Below are positions 22,401-35,278 of a stretch of DNA of 64,000 bases, piece after piece. Origin of the DNA: Chara braunii (lineage: Eukaryota; Plantae; Charophyceae). The stretch is from contig BFEA01000019.1 in assembly GCA_003427395.1 (NCBI GenBank), positions 3,340,865-3,404,864 of the forward strand, in the 5' to 3' direction. The stretch's first letter is position 1. Every line of letters starts with the position of its first letter. Under the pieces are notes generated by a model, which had not been told where the DNA came from, ran no database searches, and worked only from the letters and a program-made list of their open reading frames with translations. The translations under genes and the position numbers were made by a program.

Positions 22401-24369
22401 ACAATAATCAAATATAACTACACCAAAAAAGATTGACTATTGGTTGATAGGAAACACATCCGAATTCAATCATGAGTTGAAACAACAACAAAAATAATCC
22501 GAGCATCACAGGGTGGAACCAATAAACCAAGATTGAAGTAAAAAAAAAACGGTCACCTGAGGTCAAACTCAACAAAAAACTATATTGAACAACCAACAAA
22601 AAATTGGGTTCGACAATAAACTTAATGCAAGCCAACAAGATAGACGGATTGCCTCAATTTTAACTTGATGAGACACGCTGCCAAAGTTATCCATTCCACT
22701 CTACCACCGACCTAAGATTAGGCACGCCTACGTCTGTCTCCAGACGTTTAATTTTTTTTTTATGATAGACTGTTTTGCGAATGATTCTTAATCAGATGCA
22801 TTACTTGAAGTGTTGCATATCCTACCCTTTAGGAAGTGGTCCGAGATACTTTTCCTCCTCGTCCGAACACAAAGCTCGGATCTTAGAAGTCGGGCCGTCT
22901 CCATCGAATCGCCAGAGTACCCCCATGTAGAATGGTCCACTCTTGGTCGATAACATGGTCGACTCTGAAAGCAACGAACCCCCAGCCCAAATGCTTTCTA
23001 GAGAGAGAAAACATATTCATCGTGAGTACATTTTAATTGTTCTCATTTTTCCTTAGCTCATGATAAGTTAGACGAAAAAGTCAGAGGAGATAGAGAATGA
23101 GAACAATTTGGATAGGTACAAATAGATGAGGTAATTCTGGATAGAACGGGTGGACCTCGGGGAAAAACTAAGTTGATTTAATTTTACATTTTGTATTTGA
23201 TCAAAATATTTTTACGACGTCCACTAAATTAACAATTTTCAAAACATAAGTTTTTTTGACAAGCAGGCAAGTCAAAGGTAGAAGGAAGACAATCTTTTTC
23301 ACCATTCCTAAGTAGGCACAATCAATTCTCTTTGCAAGCATCCTTCTACCATCACACTAAAAAACAACCAACAAGTCAAGAAAATTCAGTGACCCATAAC
23401 CCTGGAAAATTCAGCAACCCATAACCCCGCCAGATCCCACTTGTTCAAATGCATTATCACTCATGCTTTACTCAATCCTTCCCTTTTGAATATTCAGAAC
23501 AAACACGACCAAGCAAGGTGTGGTTCACACAGGTGTGAAAAGGAATCCGAGTCAATCAACTGACCTTGAGTGAAGTGGTACCGAATGCGTCGTAACCCAC
23601 CCAAAAAAACAAAGAAAAATATATACGTCGCCAAAGAAAATCGCAGTCTCGAGGTAAGTCTCGGACCGACCGCTAATCCCAATCCATTCTCAACTTGCAC
23701 GTTCCGCACGCGACAAACCCAAGAGTGAAGACAGCGAGTCACACACATCCCAAAAAAAATCCACCGGTCCCATGTCAATTCGAGTTGGTCCCAGATGGTC
23801 CCAAGCGGTCCAACGTTACCACCCTCAGCACAACATCAACAGAAAAATTTCCCAGAATTAAATATTCATTCTACGGTAAAATTACATTCTAAATTTTAAA
23901 TTTTTATTCCATCTTAAAAAATGTCATTCCAATTTTAAAATTTTCCGTCTTACTTGAGAACTTTCCTTCCAAGAATGAGGTATCCCTTCTTATTTGAACT
24001 GCATGCTAGAGATGGAACGAAAGTTTGGATGAGTTCATGAATTATTTTAATTGGACTGTCATTTTAAGTAAGGATTTTCAGTCATAAATAGGTTAATCCA
24101 ATCTAAATTAGAAGATATTTGTTGTAGTAGAATGAAAGTTTAATTAAAACATTTCATAAACTCGTCCAGACTTTCATTCCAACTTGAACAAATAAATGTA
24201 GTTGGAAGGGAAAACTCATATTTAGACGGGAACTTATCAAATAAAACTGGAAATTTTATGATTGGACAAACATTGGAATGATAATTTATTAATATGAAGG
24301 ATTTTTTTTTTATGGAATGTTTTTTCAACTTTCATTTCTCGCGGGAATTTTTCTGTTGATGGCTACAGT

Positions 24370-24742
24370 CTATGTATCCCCGTAGGCTGCGGTCACCGCT
24401 GCCATGATCGCGGCCCATGTGGTCGACCGCAGGCCCGCAGTCATGACCGCCGTGGTCGTGGTTGAAAAAGGCTCGCCGCAGGCGAGGGGGAGGGGGTACT
24501 GGAGGTCGGGGTCGGGATTCCGGGGGCGCACCCCAAGCCCCATGCCCCCGCATTGAAAAAAAAAAAAAAAAAAAAAAAACCGGGGGGGCACATATTAGGG
24601 AGGGGGAGAAAAATAATGGACCCCCTATGGTTGTTTTCTTTTTGTTTTTTCTTTTTTTCGTTCTATTGTACCATTGCTTAGTTTTTTATTGTTTTTTATT
24701 TTTATTTTTATTGATTGATTGATTAGTTCGTTGATTGATTGG

Positions 24743-24820
<78 letters not shown>

Positions 24821-24893
24821 AATTGGTTGATTGATTGATAAATTGGTTTGATTGTTTTTTTTTGGGGGGGCGATTGCTTGATTGGTTGATTGG

Positions 24894-24936
<43 letters not shown>

Positions 24937-25247
24937 GTTGGTTNNNNNNNNNNNNNNNNNNNNNNNNNNNNNNNNNNNNNNNNNNNNNNNNNNNNNNNNN
25001 NNNNNNNNNNNNNNNNNNNNNNNNNNNNNNNNNNNNNNNNNNNNNNNNNNNNNNNNNNNNNNNNNNNNNNNNNNNNNNNNNNNNNNNNNNNNNNNNNNNN
25101 NNNNNNNNNNNNNNNNNNNNNNNNNNNNNNNNNNNNNNNNNNNNNNNNNNNNNNNNNNNNNNNNNNNNNNNNNNNNNNNNNNNNNNNNNNNNNNNNNNNN
25201 NNNNNNNNNNNNNNNNNNNNNNNNNNNNNNNNNNNNNNNNNNNNNNN

Positions 25248-25286
<39 letters not shown>

Positions 25287-25332
25287 AACACACACACACA
25301 CACGCATTTTTTTTTTTCCTTTTTTTGTTTTG

Positions 25333-25383
<51 letters not shown>

Positions 25384-25733
25384 GGGGAAGGGGTCGCCCT
25401 TCCCCACCAATCAAGCACACACACACACACACACACGAAAAATTAAAATTTCCTTTTTTTATTACGTTTTTTTAATTGAAATACGTAATTTTTTGTTTTC
25501 TATTTTTTTTTTAAATAAGAAAACACTTGTAAAAAAAAAACAAAAATCACCGCGTTGTAGATCTCTTCAAACCCTACAACCCCGTTTTTTTTTTTTTTTT
25601 TTGGTCCATTATTTTTTTCTTAAACATGTTTGAAATTCTCGACCGCATTAACCTCAGAAGCCGACCTCAGCGGTCGGGATCCCGACCGCTGGCCGAGATT
25701 GACCCCGCGGTCATGACCGCGGGGGATACATAG
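24370..25733. mobile_element. Non-autonomous TIR DNA transposon with 8-bp TSD (hAT-like)
   Basis: Perfect 12-bp TIRs CTATGTATCCCC / GGGGATACATAG. TSD GCTACAGT at 24362-24369 and 25734-25741. Repeated subterminal GACCGC/GCGGTC motifs; the interior is (GATT)n, (CA)n and a gap. Confidence 0.88.
24710..25436. repeat. (GATT)n and (CA)n microsatellites around an N gap
   Basis: Read directly from the sequence. Confidence 0.95.
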
Positions 25734-27956
25734 GCTACAGTGATAAAAACTGCTCACTCCATGTATTCCCAAAAAATGTAAAGGTGGTTCGGAATATTGA
25801 AACCATAAGTGTCGTGAGTCCTAATGGTCATTACGTCACCTGCACGCGTTCCAACTGGTCCTTCTGGCCCGCACACTGCGTCACGTGGTCCCCTAAAAAA
25901 TAAATAGCGTGACATATGGGTCCCAACAAATTCACGAGTGTCACAGAGCACAGTCCACCACATGCACCATCAAGCACGATCCAAGGCTGTCGACCGCACC
26001 CTGCCTCACTCGTTAAAAAAATAATGTCGTGCAATGTAGTCGAACGACACTCTTTGAACCAAGTCAAAAGTGTGCACTACTGCTGGTACCACCTCTGCAT
26101 CACTCTGTTGCACTTCACTCCACACAGCCGTGTAAGTACCGTTCCCAAAACAATAACGGAAGTGTTGCCGCATGCTACGTCGTCTTCAATCGGTCCCAAA
26201 AATGGTACCGACATTAGAAGCAGTCCCTATGCCCATGTGATGTCATGCCACCACCGTCAATGTCGCAGTGCCCTACCACCCACTGCAGTTACCGTAGGCA
26301 TATCACTTCTAAAAAATAACGATGGGGTTATTGCTCACTGCGTCGTCTGAAACCAGCCCCATGAAATCCGACAGTACCACCATTTGAACATACAAAAGAG
26401 AAGTCCACTACGAGAAAAAACAATCGGCAACATCTCCTCTCAAATTACTCCCACCAGACGCATCGCAAAGTGGGAAGCATTTCCTTTTGAAAAATATCGT
26501 TGTTGTCGGACAACACCTCCCCTCAGTTCAGTGCCACTGGATGTGCCGCAAAGTGGGCAACATTTCCCCCCTGAAAAATGTCGTTATCTTTGGACAACAC
26601 CTCCCTTTAGTTTAGTGTCGCTGGACGCATCGCAAATCCCGCAACATAGTGCTGCAAAAAAAAAAATACTGCCGGCATCGTAAAAATTCGGTAGCATAAC
26701 CCCGTTAAATGAGGTACATCATGCTACATAACCAGTCCACCAACTCCTCCACACACGTCGCCTTGAAAAAAAAACCTGCCACCGGTGAAGCCTCACACAA
26801 AATTAATAAAACCTTAGACTTGGGTGAAAATCCAGGTCCAAAACAACACTCCTCCAATCCGGCAACATAATCCTGGTCCAACAGGGTTGACCTAGGAGCT
26901 GTCCTAGAGGACCAACACTCGCCTGAGGCTGAGGCAGAGTGCTTCCTGCCTCAAGCTATGATTTCTCTGCTCCTCTTCACTGTAGACCTCTACTTCTTCG
27001 ACTCTCCTCTAGCAGCTCCTCTACTAATCCCTCTGTCTTTAGAGTGTGTGACAACACTCAAGCAACACGACTACTTTGTGTGGCAGCTAGGGACAACTGC
27101 CTCTTTTATACTAGCTGGATGAGTGTTGTTTATCACTCAGCCCCCAGCCAAAATCGCGGGGGTCATAGTAGACCCTTGATCTAGAGCAAGATCAAGGGCT
27201 AACTGTGGTCGCACGACAACCACATACTTCGTGGGGCAATTCCCTTAACTATCCTACTTTTTTTTTTTTTTTCTGTATTTAGGCTATATCAGATTTTCAC
27301 GAAATAACTGAATTTATGGGATTTTCAAAACAGTTTTTCTTTTATTTTTTGTGATAAGGAGCTGAAAAGATACAACCCCTTTCAATTTCATGTATCAGGT
27401 TCTTTTTTCCTAGGCAGATACGTACTGAAAAAAGTTGTACTTAGCCTTTTCCTCCATGTGACCTTTAATTTTTAAGCTCCCTCTAAAAACAGGAGTCTGT
27501 CAGCTGCCCCTGGCAGTTTCTGCTAGAGGCTGCACCTTGTGAGGACAAGTGTCCTCACGAGAATGCAACAAAAAAAAAGAAAAACATAAAAAATAAATAA
27601 ATCTAACCCCTTAAACTGCACCGTCCCTGACCTCGATTCAGATCTGGTCCAGGATCGTGCTGTTGAAACCAACAGCATCCTCTCAATTTCCTCTGCCCTC
27701 CCCTTGAAAACGGGGAAGGCAGTTGTGAGGCTGAGAGAGTTAGGAAAACAACTCGTGACAACTCACGAGTTCAAATCTCGACAGGCTCAAAGCGAGGTGC
27801 AAAAAACACTCAATTGTGGCAATTTTTAAATAAAAACACGCCAGATAAAAAAATCTGATTTGTTTTTTACGTGCATGGCGTAGGTGCCCAGCTACTCACA
27901 AAAGCCAATTGAAGGCCGATAAAAATCATTTATGCCAGCAAAATAATATTGGCGCC

Positions 27957-28305
27957 TGCGTAGCACGGCGAACGTGTTCGCGCCCATTCATGTTCGCGTG
28001 AACGTGTTCACACGAACATGTCCGGGCGAACATATTTTTTCTCGAAAAAATAAAATAAAATAAATTATTTATTTTTTTGGTTTTTGATTTTTAACTCATG
28101 ATTAGCTACGAATTTGAACACAGCTCCAAGGCAAAAGTTATTTGCACTATTATTTTACATAACATATAGTTTTTTCAGAGTTTTCGGAAACCTTGTTTTT
28201 TTTTTTTTTTTTGTAATGTTCGTGTTCGGAGGGTTTTGGGTGCTTGTTTGCGCTCGGGCGAAGATGTTCGCGTTCTCCTCTGAACGCGAACACGGTGCTA
28301 CGTAG
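27957..28305. mobile_element. Small MITE-like element (~350 bp)
   Basis: Ends T(G)CGTAGCAC / GTGCTACG(T)A are inverted, GCGAAC/GTTCGC motifs cluster near both ends, and the core is AT-rich. No clear TSD. Confidence 0.5.
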
Positions 28306-28649
28306 ATAATTTTGCGCAAACCGCAAAATACAAATTTTCACAAAATCTTGATCTCGTTTTCTCGTTTTTGTTTCTTCTCTTTTTCTTTCCTTTTTGTTTT
28401 TTTCTTCCCCCACTGAAAACGGGCAGGTACCTGGCAGGTCGGGAGGAGTAGGTCCCCACCTCTCTTATCCTCTCCCATTTCTCTCTCTCTCTCTCAACCT
28501 TTTCAACTCCCTCTCTCTCACAAGCGCATGTTGTGAGCCACGAGATTTGGATATTCGTGCCAAATGGAGGTGGGAACCCATTGTGGTTGTTCCAACCACG
28601 AGGCAGGTAGTCTCGTTTTTTTTTTTTCTTTCTTTTTTGGTATAACCAT

Positions 28650-29617
28650 TGGTATAAGCCAACGGCCGTCGCCTCTAATGTCATTACCCGATTCAAGCCC
28701 TTACCATTAACCTGTTCCGAGTTCGATTCCCGAAGGAATCGAAAAAAAAAATTAAAAAAAATTGGATCATTTTTCGATTTATGTGTGTTATCCTTGCCTA
28801 GGGGCCATGTTAATCTCGCGCGGCCGATTTCGGTGGCCGCGTGATCTCGATGATCCTACGGTCGAAATTGACCCTGCCACATGCCTCTTGGCCAGGCCGC
28901 TCCCAAAAGGAGCTAGCCCAGGTAGCGGGACGTCGGGCTTGAACCTTATACTGCAAGGCAAGAGTCTGGCATATCAACGTCGTCAACCTATTGGGTTAGT
29001 TCCTATTTCACACCGAATAGGAGTAGATCTTCCTTATGAAGAGCCGAAACCCATCGTAGGTGACCGGCCCACAGTCCGACAGACTCCTACCTGCCCCTAC
29101 TACTCAATCGACTGATCGCCGACCCCCGGAGCAAAAGACAGTCTATCCTAACGAGGTAAGATATAGGCGCCCCCAATTCACTGGCGTCGGTTCGAGTCCT
29201 GGCTGGGGAATTCCTTAAATAAAACGAGTTTGAATACCCACGCTCTTGCGTCTCGATCGTCAACGCCACTTGGCTATTTTTTTTGTCTTTTTTCTTTTAA
29301 CCGTGAATCATGCGGCGGTTAAGCCACGCGTCACAATTGTAAATAAAATAAGTTTATACTTAGTACTGCGGCCTCGCCAAACGTGGAGCCGGTTGGTCAT
29401 ACCACCAATCCTTGTCCACACCCTCGTAGGCCGCAATCTTCCCAACTTTAGATAAAACATTTCAGTCCTTTGGTTGCCTGTCAGGTATGAATAGACTATG
29501 GCAAATACCTCATTCTCATCAAGTCAACTCATTCAAATAAAATCATACCGACAGTCGGACAGTGCCCGACATTGAAAATCCCGAGCAGATACCCTTGTGA
29601 GGGTTTGTGCTCTGACA
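28650..29617. mobile_element. Second LTR-like segment, related to the one ending at 6660 (left boundary unknown)
   Basis: Ends GATACCCTTGTGAGGGTTTGTGCTCTGACA, 25/30 identical to 6631-6660. It interrupts a Gypsy pol frame right after EIPPMRG and contains a U6 fragment. Confidence 0.55.
28754..28816 (-). pseudogene. U6: U6 snRNA 3' fragment (~60 nt, including the T-run)
   Basis: The minus strand reads AGATTAACATGGCCCCTAGGCAAGGATAACACACATAAATCGAAAAATGATCCAATTTTTTTT, against plant U6 AGATTAGCATGGCCCCTGCGCAAGGATGACACGCA(C/T)AAATCGAGAAATGGTCCAAATTTT. Most differences are G>A. Confidence 0.85.
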
Positions 29618-32600
29618 CCACGCATTGGAGGGATCTCGTTGTATGAGAAATACGGAGGAAAGACGTTGTGGTACTCTAGAATCAGGTCACGAACGACGAG
29701 TTCTAAGTCGGTCGTAAACCTCGTGAGGTCCTCAGCGCCTGCATCAACATAAGACGTAAGTGTGGACTCGCCAGTGGATGGCGGAGGAACCGGGAATGTC
29801 GAAGGGATATCCGCGGGCTGAGGGGTGGATGTAGAGATGGGAGCCACAAAAATGGAGGAAGGTTCGGGGGGATCAGGCTCCAAGGAGATCTGCTCAATGT
29901 TTGTACAGAGGGGATCGTACTGAAGAAGATCCATGATATTCACCGAGTACAGAGTGACGTACTCCTAACCCAGGAAGTGAGCAAACTAGTGAGGGGAGGT
30001 GAAAGCAATGTCTGGGTAGGACCTGGAAGAACGAGGGTCCTGGGGAGGTAGGTCATGAGGGGTATCGGCTGTGGTGCCAATGAAGGGGACTCGATAAGTC
30101 TGACCACACTTCGTTTTGAGAACAAGTGTCCCGGTCACCCATTTGGCCTCTTTGTCATGGAACTTGCGAGACCAAGGAGTGTCAAGGATAAATTCGTACT
30201 CAGTCTCCAACACGTCGAAGCATGCAGGGGAATGGTAGCGCGGAGGCATCTTGGTACTATTTGATGGTTGAAGAGTCAGGAAAAAGTGGAGGTCGGGGAC
30301 CGTCTGATCGAAGTAGTGTTGCGTCTTGAGATAGGAGAGCGAGACAAGCTTCCTCAACCACACGAGGGTGAACGACATATCCCTGTGAGCCGGAGTCCCA
30401 TAAAGTGCGGTACACCCTCATAAATATTCCAAGGCGAATAAAAATTATGAGGAAGCGATCAAGGTCCGAGAGCAGGGTGTGAAGACGACGTAAGATGTTT
30501 ACGTGTCTCGTGAGTCGCTCCTGACGAGGCTGAAGAATGCTCAAATCTAGGACAGATGACACAGCGTCATTGTGAGTCGCTAGCTGAGCGCTATAACGAG
30601 CTGTGCGGATGGCGCGACATGCCGGAAGTCTCGGCGGGGAAGGACTAGATGTGGCGGTCTGTCGTGGGGTAGACGGTACCTCGCCAGACAACTGGGCAGA
30701 GAGAACTGCGTCTATCGTGTTCTGAGGATCCTCTGGTGTCGTAGGCAAAGGGGCAAACCACGACTCGATACTCGGGAAACCGGTTACAAGCGAGGTCTCA
30801 ATTGTACAGTGCACCGTGGCAAGCTGGATGGGACTGGCCGGACGGGGCGGGGGGGGACTGAAATCGGCGCTAACGAGAAATGTCAGCATAGTGTCGATCA
30901 AAGGTGGCATGTCATAGAAACCGTGAGGAGGTGTGTCCGTCCTGGCAGCAATGAAGGCAACCGCAATGGACCTCGAGGGCAACATGCTCCTTAGGGGATA
31001 GAGCTCCGCGAGGAGGGACGAAACTCTGCGGGAGGTCTACCTTAGGAACAACGAACGTGTGGGCGCCAGCCTGTGCACGACGATTGCGAGCACGACCCAT
31101 GATGGTCATTGCCATCTACAACCAGTCGGCCATTGGAACAGTCTCGTCATCCAAGTGGTATTGGATGACATCCAAAAGCTGGAGGTCCTTGGGGGCGTCC
31201 CCATGGGTAGGGTCGACCTTTGCCGTAGAGTCGATGTTGAACTCGAGGGAAATGTAGCACTGAGAGAATGACGTTCCAGAATGAGTTGAGCGGTGAAAGC
31301 TGCCGGAGAAAGAGAAACGGTCTCGAGTGGTGCGACGTGACTGGGAGGTGGCAAAGTGTCGCGAAGAGGACGGGGCATTGGATAAGCGACTCCGCATCCT
31401 CTGATACTATCGAGCAGCCTCGTACGCCTGCTCGGTGGACGCAGATGTTTGTCTCCAAAGCTCTATGCGGTAATCAGGGGACTGACTGATGAAAAACCTA
31501 TTGGTCATAAGAACCTCCGATAGGAGCGTTGCATCACAAATAAGGCGGGCGTCTCGAAACACCCGGATGTGACACTTTAGGGCTGCCGGTGCGGAGGACC
31601 CGACCCATCGCGTCTAGGTGACCCTATCTAAGGCGCCGGTCACGTTGTGCCGAGCGCCTTAGCAGTCATGAAGGAAGACAATGAAGTCAACGAAAGTGAG
31701 AGTCACCTATGCCGCTATGCGAGTACGATAGGTATAATAACTGGTTGTGAGCCACAGCCGCTGGTAAAAGGTCCAGCAAAGGTGGAGGCAACGACCACAG
31801 ACACCTGTGACGGAGTGGCGAGGTGGGAGGGTAGAGGCAGAAAAGCAGATCGAGGGAAACGAGTTTGCACTGCCGAAGTAGGGGTAGTGAGGGAAGATGA
31901 AGGGTGAGCAGCATGTGAAGGGTGAGGTTGGTGAGTATCTCTGCCTATATCTGTACCATGGTGGCCTGCAAGGTAGCCACTTGCTGGGTGCGCGAGGTCG
32001 GAAGTGGGGGAGTCAGAGAGGGCACCTTAGCGGGGGGAGGAGTAACGAGCTGTAGGGAACCTTGAGGTAGGAGTGAGGGTATAGGAGGAGGAGGGAGGGT
32101 TCCGGGCCGTAATGCCGCGACCAGTGCAGGAAGCTTGGAAGCAACACTGAGACGGGTAGATGAAACTGCTTGGTCAGATGTCGATATCGGGGTGGCAACA
32201 CCTACGGCGGTGGCCGAAGCGGCAGAGGACGATGAATGTGTCGCAACAGATAGTATGGTCTGAGGGGCAGCGACACTCACCATTGCGGAAGGGGAATTTT
32301 GGGCTTGTCCCCGAAGGGAGGAGGAACCACCATGTCTTTGTGTCTGAAGTTATGGGGAACCTGACTGGGAACCGGTAGGGGATGGGGTGTGGGAGTGGTG
32401 GGGAGAGCGATGAGGAGAACCCTTGATGCGGTGGACTTCAAGAGCGAGCGCATTGAGTTGCTCTTGCATGGATGCGAGCGCATCAAGTCATGCTTGCATG
32501 GGTGTGAGCACGTCAAGTCGCGCTCACATGGGTGCGAGCAGGGCTGCGAGGATGGTCTCAAGGTCCCTAGGTGCTGAACCCTGTGTTACCACCGGAGCGG

Positions 32601-32700
32601 GCGTCTGAGAGGTGGATAGCACCACATCGATTTCCTCGGGTATGCTCCCATCCATGCAGGGTGGAGGAAGGGGGTAGACATGGCGATAGGTGGAAAGAGA
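29618..32700 (-). pseudogene. Decayed Ty3/Gypsy gag-protease and start of RT
   Basis: LWDSGSQGY (aspartic protease) at ~30400, frameshifting to FDVLETEYEFILDTPW, then EYHNVFP..EIPPMRG, typical of the pre-RT PPxR motif. Upstream fragments are Pro/Ser/Thr-rich. Confidence 0.7.
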
Positions 32701-33809
32701 GATGCGAAAGGAGATGGGTTGCGGTGTGGAGAAAGAGACCCACCGTTGAGAGGGGGGGGATCGCGTGAGCGGAATGGGTAGTCGTAAGTCATCTCGCCTC
32801 GGAGTCGGCGGACCACGTGTGAGATGGTAGCATGAACCTGGCCGAGGGGAAAGGATCCATTGGGGTCCAGGTTGCCCGACGTGAGGAGCCGGGAAAGAAG
32901 GGGATCAGAAGAACCTTAAACCTTAAGAAAACCCTAACCGGCGTTTGGGGAGTTAGGGTATCGTAGCGGTGACCTAATTGAGAAAAGAAAATAACAACCA
33001 TAGAGGAGAGGAGAGGGGAAAAAATAGTAAAATTTTGAGATTAAAAAAAATATAATAATAATAAAAATAAAAATAAAAAGAAATAAGCAAAAGCTGAGGA
33101 GAACAATAATATTTTTATGAAATTTTCGGTAACATTTTTGCGCCAAGAGAAAGGAGAGACCAAAAAAAAAAAACTATGTTTCAAACTGCCACAAATTAAA
33201 ATTTAGAGAAAAATAAATAAAAACATAAAGAAATTGAGAGGTGGCGGACAGTGAAGAGAAAACTAAGTTTTGAATTCAAAACAAAAATCGACAACATTTT
33301 GTTACCCCCATGGGTCGAAGTGTTCTGTCAAAAAGAATGACTAAGTAAAAAATGGAAAATTTTGCCAACATTTCACTACCCCCAAGGGATTAAAATGTGC
33401 TGGAAGGAGTGAGTAGGGAGAGATGATAAAATTTTGGCAGCACTTCGTTACACCCCACGGGGTAAAAATGTGCGCCGGTAGCAAAGATAGCTAAGTCCTA
33501 ACAAGATATAGAGGTGCTATAAAAAAAATCAAAATTTAAGAATAAATAAAAAATAATAATAAAATCAATCAAAAAATGAAAAAAAAAGTAGTGAATGAGA
33601 TAATTTGAATTTCTGGGGAAAAAGAGGAAATTTAAATCAAAGAGAGAGACAAAAGAAGAAAAACAAAAAACTTCAAGGTTGTGGGGAGGGAAATGAAAAA
33701 AGTGATGAAGAAATAGAGAAATAAGTGAGGATGAGAAAAAAAACTGAAGTGGGAGGTGAAAGAGATGATGGGGTTATAGTTGGAGGAGGAAAGGGAGAGA
33801 GGAGGGTGA

Positions 33810-34330
33810 AAAAATGAGAGAGAAAGGGATGAGAAAGGAGGAGGGGAAAAAGAAAAATTAGTGGAAGAGGGTTTGTAAGGAGGAGAGGGGAGAAAAGATG
33901 GTGGAAGGTGAGTGAAGAGGTAGGGATATGAGAGAACAACGGGAAGCAGAGGAGAGAAGTAGGGAAAAAAAAAAGAGTAAGGTTGGATGAGGAAGTAGTG
34001 GTAGAGTTGGAAAAAATGATTAGACGGTGAAGGAGAGAGAGAGAGGGTGGGAGAGTAGGTTAGTGAGAGAGAAAATGAGAGAGAAAGGGATGAGAAAGGA
34101 GGAGGGGAGAAGGAAAGATTAGTGGAAGAGGGTTTGTAAGGAGGAGAGGGGAGAAAAAATGGTGGAAGGTGAGTGAAGAGGTAGGGATATAAGAGAACAA
34201 CGGGAAGCAGAGGAGAAAAGTTGGAAAAAAAAGAAGAGTAAGGTTGGATGAGGGAGTAGTGGTAGAGTTGGAAAAAATAATTAGACGGTGGAGGAGAGAG
34301 AGAGAGAGGGTGGGAGAGTAGGTTAGTGAG
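33810..34330. repeat. Purine-rich ~260-bp tandem duplication in the element leader
   Basis: AAAATGAGAGAGAAAGGGATGAGAAAGGAGG.. starts at ~33811 and ~34072, and both copies end GAGTAGGTTAGTGAGA. Confidence 0.85.
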
Positions 34331-34880
34331 ACAGAGGTGATACCAAACTCTTGGTTGGCCGAGAGCGAATAAGACCACCAAGATCTTGTGGATCTTGGCC
34401 TTCAAGGTGCTGGAAGCTTGCTGCTACAACAGAAAAATAATAATAAAAATAATATAGGGTTGACTGATATTTTGATCAACCACCCTAATTGCATAATCGT
34501 GCAGCCCCCTAGCCAGAGAGGTCTTCACTTCTGCCAAACTGCCGCTGCAACAATAAGAAAATAAAAATCATCATCATCTGGGTGTGCTGAAATTTTGATC
34601 AGCCACCCAGATTCCATTTATGTGCAGCCCCCTAGCCAGAGGGGTCTTTAAGATCTTCAACAAGCTGCCACGTGGCACTGCAGATGACCACGTGTGCAGG
34701 CAACAACAACCACAGCCGGGGGGGGGGGGGGGGGGGGGGGGGGGGAGGGGAGGAATAGCAGCCCACCCGCTGTTGTCGTGTTGGTCGCTGCTCGCCGCTC
34801 GCCGATAGAACGGGGTAATTAGTTGGTGTAGCACTTTGCAACACCGTGTCACACTACCGGAACATGTATAGTGTTTGGTC

Positions 34881-34952
34881 AGTGTGTTAAGCCACTGGCT
34901 AACGCACACGTATGGTTGGCAGTTGCCCAAGGTTCAAACCCTGGCAACAGCA
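34881..34952 (+). pseudogene. tRNA-derived or SINE-head-like fragment
   Basis: The 3' part CCCAAGGTTCAAACCCTGGCAACAGCA resembles the tRNA-Asp 3' end CCCGGGTTCGATCCCCGGCAACGGCG; the A box is weak. Confidence 0.35.
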
Positions 34953-35266
34953 TGCATCTCAAATCTTCATATATATATAATCTGGGGCAGCGGGGCAGCG
35001 AAGGCGCGTGTGGCGACGGGGCGGAGCGAGGCAGTGGGGCAGCATGGGCACGTGGTGAGCGTGCGTACAGCGAACTTGGCTTTGGCTCTTGTGCACACGT
35101 GTGGTGATGACGCTCTTCTTTTTCACCACGTATCTCTCCCGGCGCTGCACCGTTTTCCACTGTTTTCCCCTCTGTTTACTCTGAAAATGACATGAAATCC
35201 CGCTATCGACATTACAACATTTTTTCGCACTTGCTGGTAAGGTGGGTGGGAGCGGGGACCGTTCCT

Positions 35267-35278
35267 GCTCTGATACCA
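35267..35278 (-). promoter_or_regulatory. Primer-binding site, initiator tRNA-Met
   Basis: The minus strand reads ...GTCACA-C-TGGTATCAGAGC(AGG), a perfect canonical PBS next to an LTR end at 35280 (TGTGAC). It is co-oriented with the gag/protease relic at 29618-32700. Confidence 0.85.

Noticed and set aside
26780-27730. Additional solo LTR (minus-strand TATAAAAG at ~27103-27110; purine tract plus TGTGAGG at ~27706-27730)
   Set aside because: Plausible, but termini and TSD could not be defined.
29025-29062. Hammerhead core (CTTATGA..GAAAC) or LSU rRNA fragment (GAAGAGCCGA..CATCG)
   Set aside because: Core mismatch with no flanking stems; the rRNA match is too short.
33632-34405. 257-aa Ser/Pro/Phe/Leu-rich ORF as a membrane or env-like protein
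   Set aside because: A by-product of a pyrimidine-rich strand and a 260-bp duplication; no domain motifs.
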